Source: an uncultured delta proteobacterium (lineage in GTDB: Bacteria > Desulfobacterota > Binatia > Binatales > Binataceae). From it: a stretch of DNA of 64,000 nt. Location: assembly GCA_963711565.1 (NCBI GenBank), contig CAVQEQ010000003.1, positions 1,472,001 to 1,536,000 on the forward strand, read 5' to 3'. Position 1 is the first letter of the stretch, and every line of letters begins with the position of its first letter. A model generated the notes under the pieces. That model was given only the letters and a program-made list of their open reading frames with translations, searched no databases and had not been told where the DNA came from. Of the stretch, positions 30,543 to 39,667 are shown piece by piece. The translations under genes and the position numbers were made by a program.

Positions 30543-32096
30543 TTATGGGAAAAATGAGGGCTTGGCCGTGCCCTTGAACGGTACGCCTTCGAGGCGCGCG
30601 GCAGGTGAGTCTGCGCGCGCGTAAAGCCGGGCAACGTCGTCGCTGTAGATAAGCCGCCAATCGGGTTGGGAATCCATCAGCTTCGACTGCGGCCAATCCC
30701 GCTTCATCAAAACGAAATCAGTCGGATAGGCGACGAGCGTATGCACGCCGCCCGGCTTGCCTCGATCCAGCGCCATGAAGTCCGCGATTACTTTCGGTGG
30801 ATAGCCGAGATCGTAGCGGCTGTCGATGAAGACCCGGGTGCCTGGTTGGGCGTGCCAAAGTACGTACTCACCCCAAGCGTAGTTGGGCAGCACGTTTCCC
30901 ACCAACCCGTGGCTGTTCATGAAATCGACGGCTTCGGCAGGATTGCCTGACGCGTCAATTCCAGGCTTCAGGATTCCGCTGTAGCGCGCGAACCCGAGCG
31001 CAACGCAGGCTATCACAAGTTCCATGATCCATCGGCCTGCACGCGGTACGGCTCGCGCGGCTGGGGCGAAGGAGGCCTCGCGTGGGCGTAGCAGCAAACC
31101 CAGGTGGTAGGCGAACACCGGAACGATCGCGATCGTTGCGATCGCGATATTGCGCTGGGCCTTGAACGCGCTCGCGAGCAGTACGGCGGCGACGGCCACT
31201 ATCGGCGCGTCCGCGATCCTCGGTCTTAAGATCACAGATACAACCGCCGCGGCAAAAAAGAGCATCACCATGACGAAATACTTTTGCTCGAGGCTGCCGG
31301 GAGGTGCGGTCGTCAGAGAAGCAATCAGCGGCTTCCAATCGACAATGTCGCCGGGCGTCATCGGGTTGCGGATCGAATAGATCAGCGTGTACCAGGTCTC
31401 GCGCGCAGGCGGGATCAGAAACGTGCACAACGTCGATGCGGCAGCGGCCGCCGTGATCGCAATGACGACGAGGCCGCGACGCGGCCCGCGGCCGGTCAAA
31501 ATGTCGGACACGACGGCTATCGCTCCGTACGCGCCCATCGCGACCAGGCCGATGAAAAATCCGCCGTGAAGATTGCTCCAGATCGCCATGATCGGAATTG
31601 CAAGCCACAGCGGCGCCGAACCGCGCCAGTTGTGACGAGCAAGCATCGTGACAATTGCCGACAACAAGATGAAATCGAATAGCTGCGGCCGGAACTGCAT
31701 CGAAGGAACAATCACCAGGGCCGCGATCAGAGTGATTACCGCCTGCACGCCCGCCGGCGCGCCGGTTTCGGACTCGGCGAGCACGATAAAGGAGATGGTG
31801 CCGGCCGTGCAGAGGAACTTGAGCAGCTTCAGCCCGAAGGGTCCGAAGCGGTCGAAAATCGCGCTCATCACGACTTCGCTCAACCATTCATGGTGCAGCC
31901 AGCGGAAGTCCGGCGCGGAATACGAGTAGATGTTGTTGGGCGGCAGCGAACCATGCGCGAGCAGCGCGCGGCCCCAGAGAATGTGGCCCCACAAATCGGG
32001 ATCGCTGAGCTGGCGGATGTCCGCGATCACGATCGCGAACAGGACGAGGGCCGGCGAGTAGCGCCAGAGCGAGACGCGAGCGGGACTGTCGGCCAC
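30543..32096 (-). CDS. Polytopic membrane protein, GT-C-fold glycosyltransferase-like
   Basis: DPDLWGH..G, HEWLSE, RPQLF, WSNLHGGF, FIDSRYD. Confidence 0.65.
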   Translation of the reverse strand: MADSPARVSLWRYSPALVLFAIVIADIRQLSDPDLWGHILWGRALLAHGSLPPNNIYSYSAPDFRWLHHEWLSEVVMSAIFDRFGPFGLKLLKFLCTAGTISFIVLAESETGAPAGVQAVITLIAALVIVPSMQFRPQLFDFILLSAIVTMLARHNWRGSAPLWLAIPIMAIWSNLHGGFFIGLVAMGAYGAIAVVSDILTGRGPRRGLVVIAITAAAAASTLCTFLIPPARETWYTLIYSIRNPMTPGDIVDWKPLIASLTTAPPGSLEQKYFVMVMLFFAAAVVSVILRPRIADAPIVAVAAVLLASAFKAQRNIAIATIAIVPVFAYHLGLLLRPREASFAPAARAVPRAGRWIMELVIACVALGFARYSGILKPGIDASGNPAEAVDFMNSHGLVGNVLPNYAWGEYVLWHAQPGTRVFIDSRYDLGYPPKVIADFMALDRGKPGGVHTLVAYPTDFVLMKRDWPQSKLMDSQPDWRLIYSDDVARLYARADSPAARLEGVPFKGTAKPSFFP

Positions 32097-32108
32097 CGTA
32101 GTATCGCG

Positions 32109-32963
32109 CTATGCGCGCGCGCCGAAGCAGATGGTCTCGTTGCTTAGCCGCACGACGCCGCCGGCCGTCGCGTATTCCCGCGCCGACGCTACGACTGCGT
32201 CGCGCACTTGGCGAGCAGCCTCGGCTGGCATTTTGGAGAGCATCGCGCGAGTGCCGCCGATCTGGCCGCGGAAGTCCGCGAATGCGTCCGCCGACGGAAA
32301 TTCGAACGTGACGATCAGTCGTTCGACGGCTACGTCGTGAAAGCCTGCGCCGCCCAGAGCGCGCTCGAGGATCGAAGTATCTGCAAGCCGGATCGGGTCC
32401 GGCGCGTTCGGCGGCGGCGCGATTCCCGTAATCCGCCGAATCGCGTCGCGTGCGAGGCCACACATCGGCACCTTGTCCGCGACCGACCAGACTGCTGTGG
32501 CAAAGCGGCCGCCCGGCTTGAGTGCACGATGCATTGCGCGAACGACGCCGTCGAGGTCAGGCATGAACATGAGACCCCAGCGGCACAGCACGGCGTCGAA
32601 GGAATGGGCGTCGAGGCTTAGAGACTCGGCGTCGGACTCGACGAGTTCGACGTTCTTCAGGCCCGCCGCATCGACTCGCTCGCGCGCGATCGCGAGCATT
32701 CCCGGCGACATATCGACGGCGACGACTCGTCCCGATTGTCCAGCCGCGCGCGCCGCGGTCAACGCGGGCTCGCCGCTACCGGTTGCGATGTCGAGCACAC
32801 GATTGCCGGGGCGCACGTTCGCCAGCTCGACGAGCCGATCGTTTACCGTCTGCGCAGCGCGCTCGAAGGTCGGCCACCACCGCTTCCACCCCTCGGCGCT
32901 GTCATCCCACGCGGCCTTTTGCTGACCTTTTATTTTCAAATCGTCCGCATTCTGATCGCTCAT
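32109..32963 (-). CDS. Class I SAM-dependent methyltransferase (UbiE-like)
   Basis: VLDIATGSGEP, FDAVLCRWGLMF, LKPGGRF. Confidence 0.88.
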   Translation of the reverse strand: MSDQNADDLKIKGQQKAAWDDSAEGWKRWWPTFERAAQTVNDRLVELANVRPGNRVLDIATGSGEPALTAARAAGQSGRVVAVDMSPGMLAIARERVDAAGLKNVELVESDAESLSLDAHSFDAVLCRWGLMFMPDLDGVVRAMHRALKPGGRFATAVWSVADKVPMCGLARDAIRRITGIAPPPNAPDPIRLADTSILERALGGAGFHDVAVERLIVTFEFPSADAFADFRGQIGGTRAMLSKMPAEAARQVRDAVVASAREYATAGGVVRLSNETICFGARA

Positions 32964-32970
32964 TGTCGTT

Positions 32971-34455
32971 TCACCTTCGCAGCACCGTTACGCCGCGCAG
33001 GCGCGCGACCGTTTGCGGATAATCCTTTCTATATGACTGGACGCCGGCGGGCGCGAGGCTCTGGTCGCCAAGAATTAAAACGGCAGCCGGCGGCCCCGAC
33101 GGATCATATCGAACCGCGCGATTCTGTTGATCGGCAGGCAGATAATATCTGAGCACTTCGATCGCGTACGACGGGACTGCCGTCATGAGTTCGCCCGGCT
33201 TGAGCGCGGACTCGGCCGCCGCAATTGCTTCGCGATATTGCGCGTCATGCGGCTTGCGATCGTACGAAACGATATGGCCGACCGAGAATGCGACCGCGAG
33301 CGCGAGCCCCCCGACGCGGACGAGATCGCCGGGCAACTCGAATATTCCCAACGCGGCGAGGATGAAGAACGGGACGAAGCACGACAGCGCGTAACGCTCG
33401 ACGAATACTGGCGCGATCGCGTACGACGCGACGACCATCATGAGCGGTGGCGCCCACATCCACAGCAGCGCGAAATTAGTTGCGTCATGTGCGCCGCGGC
33501 GCCATCCGCGGACCACGCCCCAAATCGCGAGCGCCGCGAGGATCGGGAACGCGAAGCTGCCGGTGGCCTTGTTGAACAGCGCGAAGGGTTCGTACAGCGC
33601 GGGAGGCTTGCGCCATCCGCCGACGCTGCCGGCAGAAGCGCTGCGCAGAGACGAAAAAAGCTTCCGCATGAGAATCAACCCTGCTACGGCGAGCGCAATC
33701 GCGATCGTCCATGCGCGCCGCGCGTTCAGATCCTCAGGACGCCATCCTGCGCGCGCGATTATGAAGACGAGCCACAGTCCTTCGGTCGCCGGTATCAGCA
33801 CTGCGGTGAAGTTCGAGGCGATTGCGATTGCCGTCAGAACCACGACGGCCGCGTAGTTCGCGAGGCCGCCGACGCGGATCGCGCGGAGGAACATCGCCAC
33901 TTGCGCGAGAATCGCCGCGAGCATCAGCGGATACATCCGCGCCTCGCGCGAGTACTTGATCGTCACGAGGTTCACGGCGAAGAGCAGCGCGGCGAGCCCC
34001 GCAATCATCCCGATGTCGTCATTGCTCAGCGCTGAGTCCTTTTCCGAACCCGTCACGAACAATTCGATTACAACTATATAGACCAGAGCTATCGACAGGA
34101 CGCCCAAGGCTGCCGACAGCGCGCGCATCGCGGCAATGCTCGAGCCGAACAGCGCGATCCAGCCGTGCAGCAGTAGATCATGCACCGGCAGCTCGCCCGG
34201 ATTTAGCGACGGCTGGCGTGCGATCACTTCGGCGGCGGTCGGCGCGGACGCCGCCGCCCATGACGCGGCTTCGTCGGGCGACATTTCGAGCGCGCCGAGA
34301 TTGTTGAAGCGGATTGCGCTCCCCGCGGCGAGGGCGACTATCAGCAGCAGGAGACTCAGCGCACGGGCCGAAACGATCGGGCGGGAGGTCGTTGGAGCGG
34401 GCGGATGACCGCGTGGCTGATCGCGCTCGTCCGCTTTGGGGGCGGCCGTCGTCAG
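32971..34455 (-). CDS. GT39/PMT-like membrane glycosyltransferase
   Basis: IRFNNLG...SPDE, YSREARMY motifs; frame is open upstream of ATG 34284 to a CTG at 34455. Confidence 0.7.
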   Translation of the reverse strand: MTTAAPKADERDQPRGHPPAPTTSRPIVSARALSLLLLIVALAAGSAIRFNNLGALEMSPDEAASWAAASAPTAAEVIARQPSLNPGELPVHDLLLHGWIALFGSSIAAMRALSAALGVLSIALVYIVVIELFVTGSEKDSALSNDDIGMIAGLAALLFAVNLVTIKYSREARMYPLMLAAILAQVAMFLRAIRVGGLANYAAVVVLTAIAIASNFTAVLIPATEGLWLVFIIARAGWRPEDLNARRAWTIAIALAVAGLILMRKLFSSLRSASAGSVGGWRKPPALYEPFALFNKATGSFAFPILAALAIWGVVRGWRRGAHDATNFALLWMWAPPLMMVVASYAIAPVFVERYALSCFVPFFILAALGIFELPGDLVRVGGLALAVAFSVGHIVSYDRKPHDAQYREAIAAAESALKPGELMTAVPSYAIEVLRYYLPADQQNRAVRYDPSGPPAAVLILGDQSLAPAGVQSYRKDYPQTVARLRGVTVLRR

Positions 34456-34721
34456 AGACCTTTCCTTAGCTCCGGCGCCGGACGAAAGCCGACTGTGCGA
34501 GCCGCAGGAATCGTCATGGGCGCGTTGGTGCGCGGATTGAATCCCGCGCGGGCCTTGCGCCGGCGCACGGAGAAAGTGCCGAAGCCGGGAACCCAGAAGC
34601 GCTTGTCCTTGCGAATCGAGCGCGCGATTTGTTCGAACGCGAGGTCCAGGGTCGTGGCGACCACCTTTTTGGGCTGGTCGGTGGACTTGGCGATCGTATC
34701 GATCAATTCCGCTTTGGTCAT
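34452..34721 (-). CDS. hup: HU DNA-binding protein
   Basis: MTKAELID, PGFGTF, RKARAGFNPRT, FRPAPELR; GGAGG SD. Confidence 0.92.
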   Translation of the reverse strand: MTKAELIDTIAKSTDQPKKVVATTLDLAFEQIARSIRKDKRFWVPGFGTFSVRRRKARAGFNPRTNAPMTIPAARTVGFRPAPELRKGL

Positions 34722-34743
34722 CGACGGGACCTCCAGCGATTTT

Positions 34744-36108
34744 CTATAGCCCAAGTTCGCGCGGAGCCATAGGTGCGGCCAGCTCGATTGGATTACGTTC
34801 GACCTGATTGCGATCGATCCATCCGTCGATCGCCGCCAGCGCGCGGTTACCCATCTCTATCTTTTTTTCCCGGCCGCGGGCACGGATCTTCAGGTCAGGC
34901 ATCAGGCCGTAATTCGCGTTCATCGGCTGGAAATCGCGCCGCGCGGAATCGGTGATGTACGCGACCAACGATCCAATCGCGGTCTCCGGCGGCGGCACAA
35001 CCAGCTCGCGATTCATCACGATGTTCGCGGCGTTGATCCCGGCGAGCAATCCCGCCGCCGCGGACTCGACGTAGCCTTCGACCCCGACCATCTGGCCGGC
35101 CAGGAACAAATCGTCGCGCGTCTTGAGCTGGAGCGTTGGGCGGAGCAGACGCGGCGAATCGACAAACGTGTTGCGATGGATCGAGCCGAGGCGCACGAAC
35201 TCGGCCTTTTCCAGTCCGGGAATCATGCGCAGCGCGCGCCGCTGTTCGGAGTAGGTCATCTTGGTTTGGAAGCCGACCATGTTATAAAGACGGGCTTCGG
35301 CATCGTCCTGCCGCAACTGCACTACCGCGAAAGGGCGCCGGCCGCTGTGCGGCTCTGAGAGCCCAACCGGACGCATCGGTCCGAACGCGAGCGTCATTGG
35401 ACCGCGGCGCGCCATTTCCTCGATCGGCATGCATCCTTCGAAATATACCGGCTTCTCGAACGGGTGCAGCTCCATCTTTTCGGCCGCCACGACGGCGGCG
35501 ACGAAGGCTTCGTACTGGACTGCGGTCATCGGGCAATTGATGTAGTCGTCGCCGCCCTTGCCGTAGCGCGAGGCCATGAACGCCACGCTCATGTCGATCG
35601 AATCGGCGGCGACGATTGGCGCGATCGCATCATAGAAATACAAGTTGCGCGGACCGATCACGCGGTTCAGCGCCTCGCCAAGGTCCGGGCTCGTCAGAGG
35701 ACCGGTGGCGAGAATCGTGAAACCGGCCGGTATCTCCGATGCCTCGGCGCGTGAGATCTCGACCATCGGATGATCTTCGAGCGCCGCAGTGATGGCGCGC
35801 GAGAAGTCATTTCTATCGACGGCGAGCGCGGAGCCCGCCGGCACCCGCGCGCGGTCCGCGGCGGAGATTACGAGCGAGCCGAGCCGGCGCATCTCCTCTT
35901 TCAGCACGCCGACTGCCGTCTCCATCGAGTCGTTGCGGAGCGAATTCGAGCAGACCAGCTCCGCAAAATCCGCCGTCCGATGAGCTTCAGTCATCTTGAC
36001 CGGACGCATCTCGACCAGCCGCACGGGGATGCCGCGGCGCGCAAGCTGCCAGGCAGCCTCGCTGCCCGCGAGTCCCGCTCCGACAACGGTTACCTTGCTT
36101 TCACTCAT
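34744..36108 (-). CDS. trmFO: tRNA m5U54 methyltransferase, FAD-dependent
   Basis: VGAGLAGSEAAWQ, AELVCSNS, YFYDAIAPI, GVEGYVES, FQPMNANYG. Confidence 0.96.
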   Translation of the reverse strand: MSESKVTVVGAGLAGSEAAWQLARRGIPVRLVEMRPVKMTEAHRTADFAELVCSNSLRNDSMETAVGVLKEEMRRLGSLVISAADRARVPAGSALAVDRNDFSRAITAALEDHPMVEISRAEASEIPAGFTILATGPLTSPDLGEALNRVIGPRNLYFYDAIAPIVAADSIDMSVAFMASRYGKGGDDYINCPMTAVQYEAFVAAVVAAEKMELHPFEKPVYFEGCMPIEEMARRGPMTLAFGPMRPVGLSEPHSGRRPFAVVQLRQDDAEARLYNMVGFQTKMTYSEQRRALRMIPGLEKAEFVRLGSIHRNTFVDSPRLLRPTLQLKTRDDLFLAGQMVGVEGYVESAAAGLLAGINAANIVMNRELVVPPPETAIGSLVAYITDSARRDFQPMNANYGLMPDLKIRARGREKKIEMGNRALAAIDGWIDRNQVERNPIELAAPMAPRELGL

Positions 36109-36165
36109 AGCGCAGATGCGGCGAAAGTTGATCGTGGCGTTTTTCGGCGGTCGTGTAAACCAGGA

Positions 36166-36192
36166 TGTCGATCCTGCATGTCGCCATTCGAC
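36166..36192 (+). promoter_or_regulatory. ECF42-type promoter
   Basis: TGTCGA-N17-CGAC upstream of the DGPF genes; matches the ECF42 consensus as I recall it (TGTCGA / CGAC-CGTC). Confidence 0.7.
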
Positions 36193-36233
36193 TAACATCT
36201 GAAAGCCCAAATCGGGCAACGAGGAGAGCAGCG

Positions 36234-36584
36234 ATGGAATACGTGCTTTTGATCTACAACAGCGAGGCAGAAGGGAAAAAGATGAGCGCGGCCGAACAGG
36301 GTGAGATTTTCCAGGGGTATATGGCGTTCACGCAGGACTTGACGAAGAGCGGAAAGAACAAGGGTGGCAATGCGCTCGAGCAGACCTCGACTGCGACCAC
36401 CGTCCGCGTGCGCAATGGCAAGACCGCAGTGACCGACGGGCCGTTTGCTGAGACCAAGGAGCAGCTCGGCGGCTACTACCTGGTCGAGGCGAAAGATCTG
36501 GACGAAGCGATTTCGATTGCCGCACGGATTCCGGGAGCGAAGCACGGCTCAATCGAAGTGCGGCCAGTCAGGAAGATCAACTAG
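36234..36584 (+). CDS. YciI/DGPF-domain protein
   Basis: TDGPFAETKEQLGGYY, IEVRP. Confidence 0.92.
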   Translation: MEYVLLIYNSEAEGKKMSAAEQGEIFQGYMAFTQDLTKSGKNKGGNALEQTSTATTVRVRNGKTAVTDGPFAETKEQLGGYYLVEAKDLDEAISIAARIPGAKHGSIEVRPVRKIN

Positions 36585-36617
36585 GCGGCCTGCGACCGTT
36601 CGCCGAGGGAGACGACG

Positions 36618-37406
36618 ATGAAGTACCTGATCATGGGCGCAGAGGCGCGCGGAGAATCTGACCGTATCGACGCGGAGGAAATGAATCGGCGCGTCGGGCA
36701 CCATCAGCAGAAGCTCGACGAGCTTCTCCGCGCGCGCGTGCGCGGCGGAAAGCCGGGGCTAGTATTGGTCTCGGTGGGGCTCGGCCGCGACCGCGAGACG
36801 GTCACCGTGAAGAATCGCGACGGCAAGCATCTGCGAATCGACGGCCCGTTCCCGGAAACCAAGGAGCTGGTGGGAGGCTTCGACGTAATCGACTTCGACT
36901 CGTACGAAGAAGCCGTCGAGTTCGCGAAATACGAGCATGCGCATCAGAGTCTCGTAAGCGAGCTCAGGCCGATCCGCGAGTTCTGGTGGATTTCGCAGAC
37001 CTTCGGGCAGGCCGCGTCGAAGATATTCATGCTCACCTCGGTCGAGGACGAGCGCGGCGCACTCAGCCTGCCCGAGCAGGAACGCACGCAAATCATGCGA
37101 CGGCATCAGGACGTTGGCGCAGAGTACGTCGCAAGCCGCGCGATGCTGGATCAGGAGCCGGGGCTGTGGGTCGGCGCGCGTCTGCAAGTATCCGAGCAGG
37201 CGAAAACGATCCGATGGAAAGATGGCGGGCGGGTCGTCACAGATGGACCGTTCGCGGAGACCAAGGAAGTCGCGGGGGGCTTCAACATGGTCGCGTGCGC
37301 GTCGATCGACGAGGCGATCACGTGGGCGAACAAGCTGGCGGCGCGCGACGGTGACGCGATCGAAGTCAGGCCGGTCGAGGGATGCTGGTGGATCTATCAC
37401 GAATGA
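36618..37406 (+). CDS. Double YciI/DGPF-domain protein
   Basis: Two repeats: DGPFPETKE and DGPFAETKE. Confidence 0.88.
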   Translation: MKYLIMGAEARGESDRIDAEEMNRRVGHHQQKLDELLRARVRGGKPGLVLVSVGLGRDRETVTVKNRDGKHLRIDGPFPETKELVGGFDVIDFDSYEEAVEFAKYEHAHQSLVSELRPIREFWWISQTFGQAASKIFMLTSVEDERGALSLPEQERTQIMRRHQDVGAEYVASRAMLDQEPGLWVGARLQVSEQAKTIRWKDGGRVVTDGPFAETKEVAGGFNMVACASIDEAITWANKLAARDGDAIEVRPVEGCWWIYHE

Positions 37407-37463
37407 GTTCGCGGTAGCGGCATGCGCGGCGGGCGGCTAGCCTGCCATCGGACGTAATTTCCG

Positions 37464-38720
37464 ATGGACAACACTGCCGCCGGCATCGAGAGTTTTTATC
37501 GCGAGGAGTTCGGGCGAATTCTCGCCACGCTCATTCGCGTGCTGGGCGATTTCGACCTGGCGGAAGACGCGGCGCAGGACGCGTTCGCGAGCGCGGTCGA
37601 ACAATGGCATCGCGACGGACTGCCGGAGAATCCGCGCGCCTGGGTAATCGGCGTCGCGCGCCACAAGGCGATCGATCGAATCCGCAGGCAGACCCGCTTC
37701 AACGATCGCCGCGAGGAATTGATCCGCATGGCTGAGAGCGGTGGCGACGATGATGAAATCGACGCGGCGGGCGCGCTGCCCGACGAGCGACTGCGGCTCA
37801 TCTTCACCTGTTGCCATCCGGCGCTGGCCGACGACGCACGCGTCGCACTGTCGCTGCGCACGCTGTGCGGGCTCACGACGGAGGAAATCGCGCGCGCGTT
37901 CCTGACCGCGCCGGCGACGATGGCGCAGCGGTTGGTCCGCGCCAAGCGCAAGATTCGTGCGGCGCGCATTCCTTACGAGGTGCCGTCGCCAGAGTTGATC
38001 GCGGAGCGGCTGGACGCCGTGATGGCGGTAATCTACCTCGTTTTCAACGAGGGCTATGCGGCGAGCTCGGGCGACCGGCTGCTGCGAACGGATCTGTGCG
38101 CGGAGGCGATTCGCCTCGCGCGCATGCTGGTCGCGCTGATGCCCACCGAGGCCGAGCCGCGCGGATTGCTGGCGATGATGCTGCTGCATGACGCGCGGCG
38201 CGACGCGCGAATCGACGAGCGCGGCGAACTCGTGCTGCTCGAGCAGCAGAACCGCGCGCGCTGGGATCGCGCGCAGATTGCCGAAGGCCTCATTCACTCG
38301 GAAGCCGCGATGGGCCCCAATGCGCAAGGGCCGTACGCAATTCAGTCGGCGATTGCGGCGGTTCACTCGCGCGCCGAAAGCGCAGCCGCAACGGACTGGC
38401 GCGCGATAGCGGATCTTTACGCACGCCTGATTGCGATTCGTCCCTCATCGGTGATCGAGTTGAATCGAGCGGTCGCGGTCGCGATGGCCGACGGTCCCGC
38501 GGCAGGACTCGAATTGATCGACGCAATCGCAGCCAGCGGTGAGCTGCGCGATTACTATTTGATGTGGTCGGCGCGCGCCGATTTGCTGCGTCGGCTGGAG
38601 CGATGGAGCGAGGCGGCCGAGTCGTATCGCGCGGCGCTGGCGCGCGTGGGCAGCGCACCGGAGCGGCGATTTCTACGGCGGCGGCTGGAGGAGATGTCGG
38701 CGAAGATTACTCAGTCGTAG
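37464..38720 (+). CDS. ECF42-like sigma factor with C-terminal TPR extension
   Basis: DLAEDAAQDAF, LRLIFTCCHPAL, MAQRLVRAK, YLVFNEGY, LNRAVA. Confidence 0.92.
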   Translation: MDNTAAGIESFYREEFGRILATLIRVLGDFDLAEDAAQDAFASAVEQWHRDGLPENPRAWVIGVARHKAIDRIRRQTRFNDRREELIRMAESGGDDDEIDAAGALPDERLRLIFTCCHPALADDARVALSLRTLCGLTTEEIARAFLTAPATMAQRLVRAKRKIRAARIPYEVPSPELIAERLDAVMAVIYLVFNEGYAASSGDRLLRTDLCAEAIRLARMLVALMPTEAEPRGLLAMMLLHDARRDARIDERGELVLLEQQNRARWDRAQIAEGLIHSEAAMGPNAQGPYAIQSAIAAVHSRAESAAATDWRAIADLYARLIAIRPSSVIELNRAVAVAMADGPAAGLELIDAIAASGELRDYYLMWSARADLLRRLERWSEAAESYRAALARVGSAPERRFLRRRLEEMSAKITQS

Positions 38721-38728
38721 TCGCGTCG

Positions 38729-39652
38729 CTACTTAGTAGAGTTCATCGCCTCGACCGCGGGCCAGTAGGGACTCTTTGCGAGTTGCGCGCGAAATTCCCG
38801 CGCGAAGGCGTCTTTGCCTTGCACTTTCGCGGGCCACGCCTGGTCGAGGAACTTCCACGCGTCGTCGGCATGCCTGCTGTAAATCAGATCGAGCATCGTA
38901 CCCCATAACTGCGGCGAGACTTTGGCATGAGGCCATTCACCGCCCTCGGCGCTAGGCGCGTAGCTCCTGACGGCGTTGGCGCGCGCCACAAGATCGCCGG
39001 CGTTGGGGGCCAGAGTGCGCATCAGGTCGGGTGCGACGCGATATGCATTGTCCGTGAAGCGCAGAATGACTTTTGGCGCGGGCGAGTCGGCGAAATCAGT
39101 GTTCCAGTTGGCGAAGGTCCAGTCGTGAATCTGTATCACGAGTCCCGTGCTCTTCGAATCCTTGTCGGGAGGCAAGAAGTGCGGGCCCGAGTCTCCGAAT
39201 TCCGCGTCTATCGTGCCGATTTTCCTGAAAGTCGGGCCGATCTCGAAGATGTGAAGCACCAGGCAGCAGTTCGCGAAGCCGGTATACTCGGAGATCACCA
39301 GGTCGGGCTGACCGTCGCCGGTGATGTCCATCCCCATCTTGATCATCGCTGCGTCGGGATCGTCCTTGTACATTGTGCCGATAAAAAATTTCTCGCCCTT
39401 CGTCTTAGCCTTCTGCACGTAAACGCTTTTGCCGTCTTTCAGAATCTCGAAGTAGGAATCGCTCCCGTCTTTCGCCTTCGCATCGAAGTAGATGCGCGCG
39501 ACATAGGGAGCGACCGTCTCCTCCTGATGAGGGATAACTACGACCGGAGTTTCGGCACGAGCCGGAGCCGCGAATGCCGCCGTCAGCGCGACCACCAGCA
39601 CGGCAAACATCGCATCGGCGACGGTATCGACGAATCGGCGTGAATCTGGCAC
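38729..39652 (-). CDS. Exported hypothetical protein
   Basis: Signal peptide ending APARA, DITGDGQPDL Ca-binding-like motif; start uncertain. Confidence 0.65.
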   Translation of the reverse strand: MPDSRRFVDTVADAMFAVLVVALTAAFAAPARAETPVVVIPHQEETVAPYVARIYFDAKAKDGSDSYFEILKDGKSVYVQKAKTKGEKFFIGTMYKDDPDAAMIKMGMDITGDGQPDLVISEYTGFANCCLVLHIFEIGPTFRKIGTIDAEFGDSGPHFLPPDKDSKSTGLVIQIHDWTFANWNTDFADSPAPKVILRFTDNAYRVAPDLMRTLAPNAGDLVARANAVRSYAPSAEGGEWPHAKVSPQLWGTMLDLIYSRHADDAWKFLDQAWPAKVQGKDAFAREFRAQLAKSPYWPAVEAMNSTK

Positions 39653-39667
39653 GGCGAAACAGGAGCG

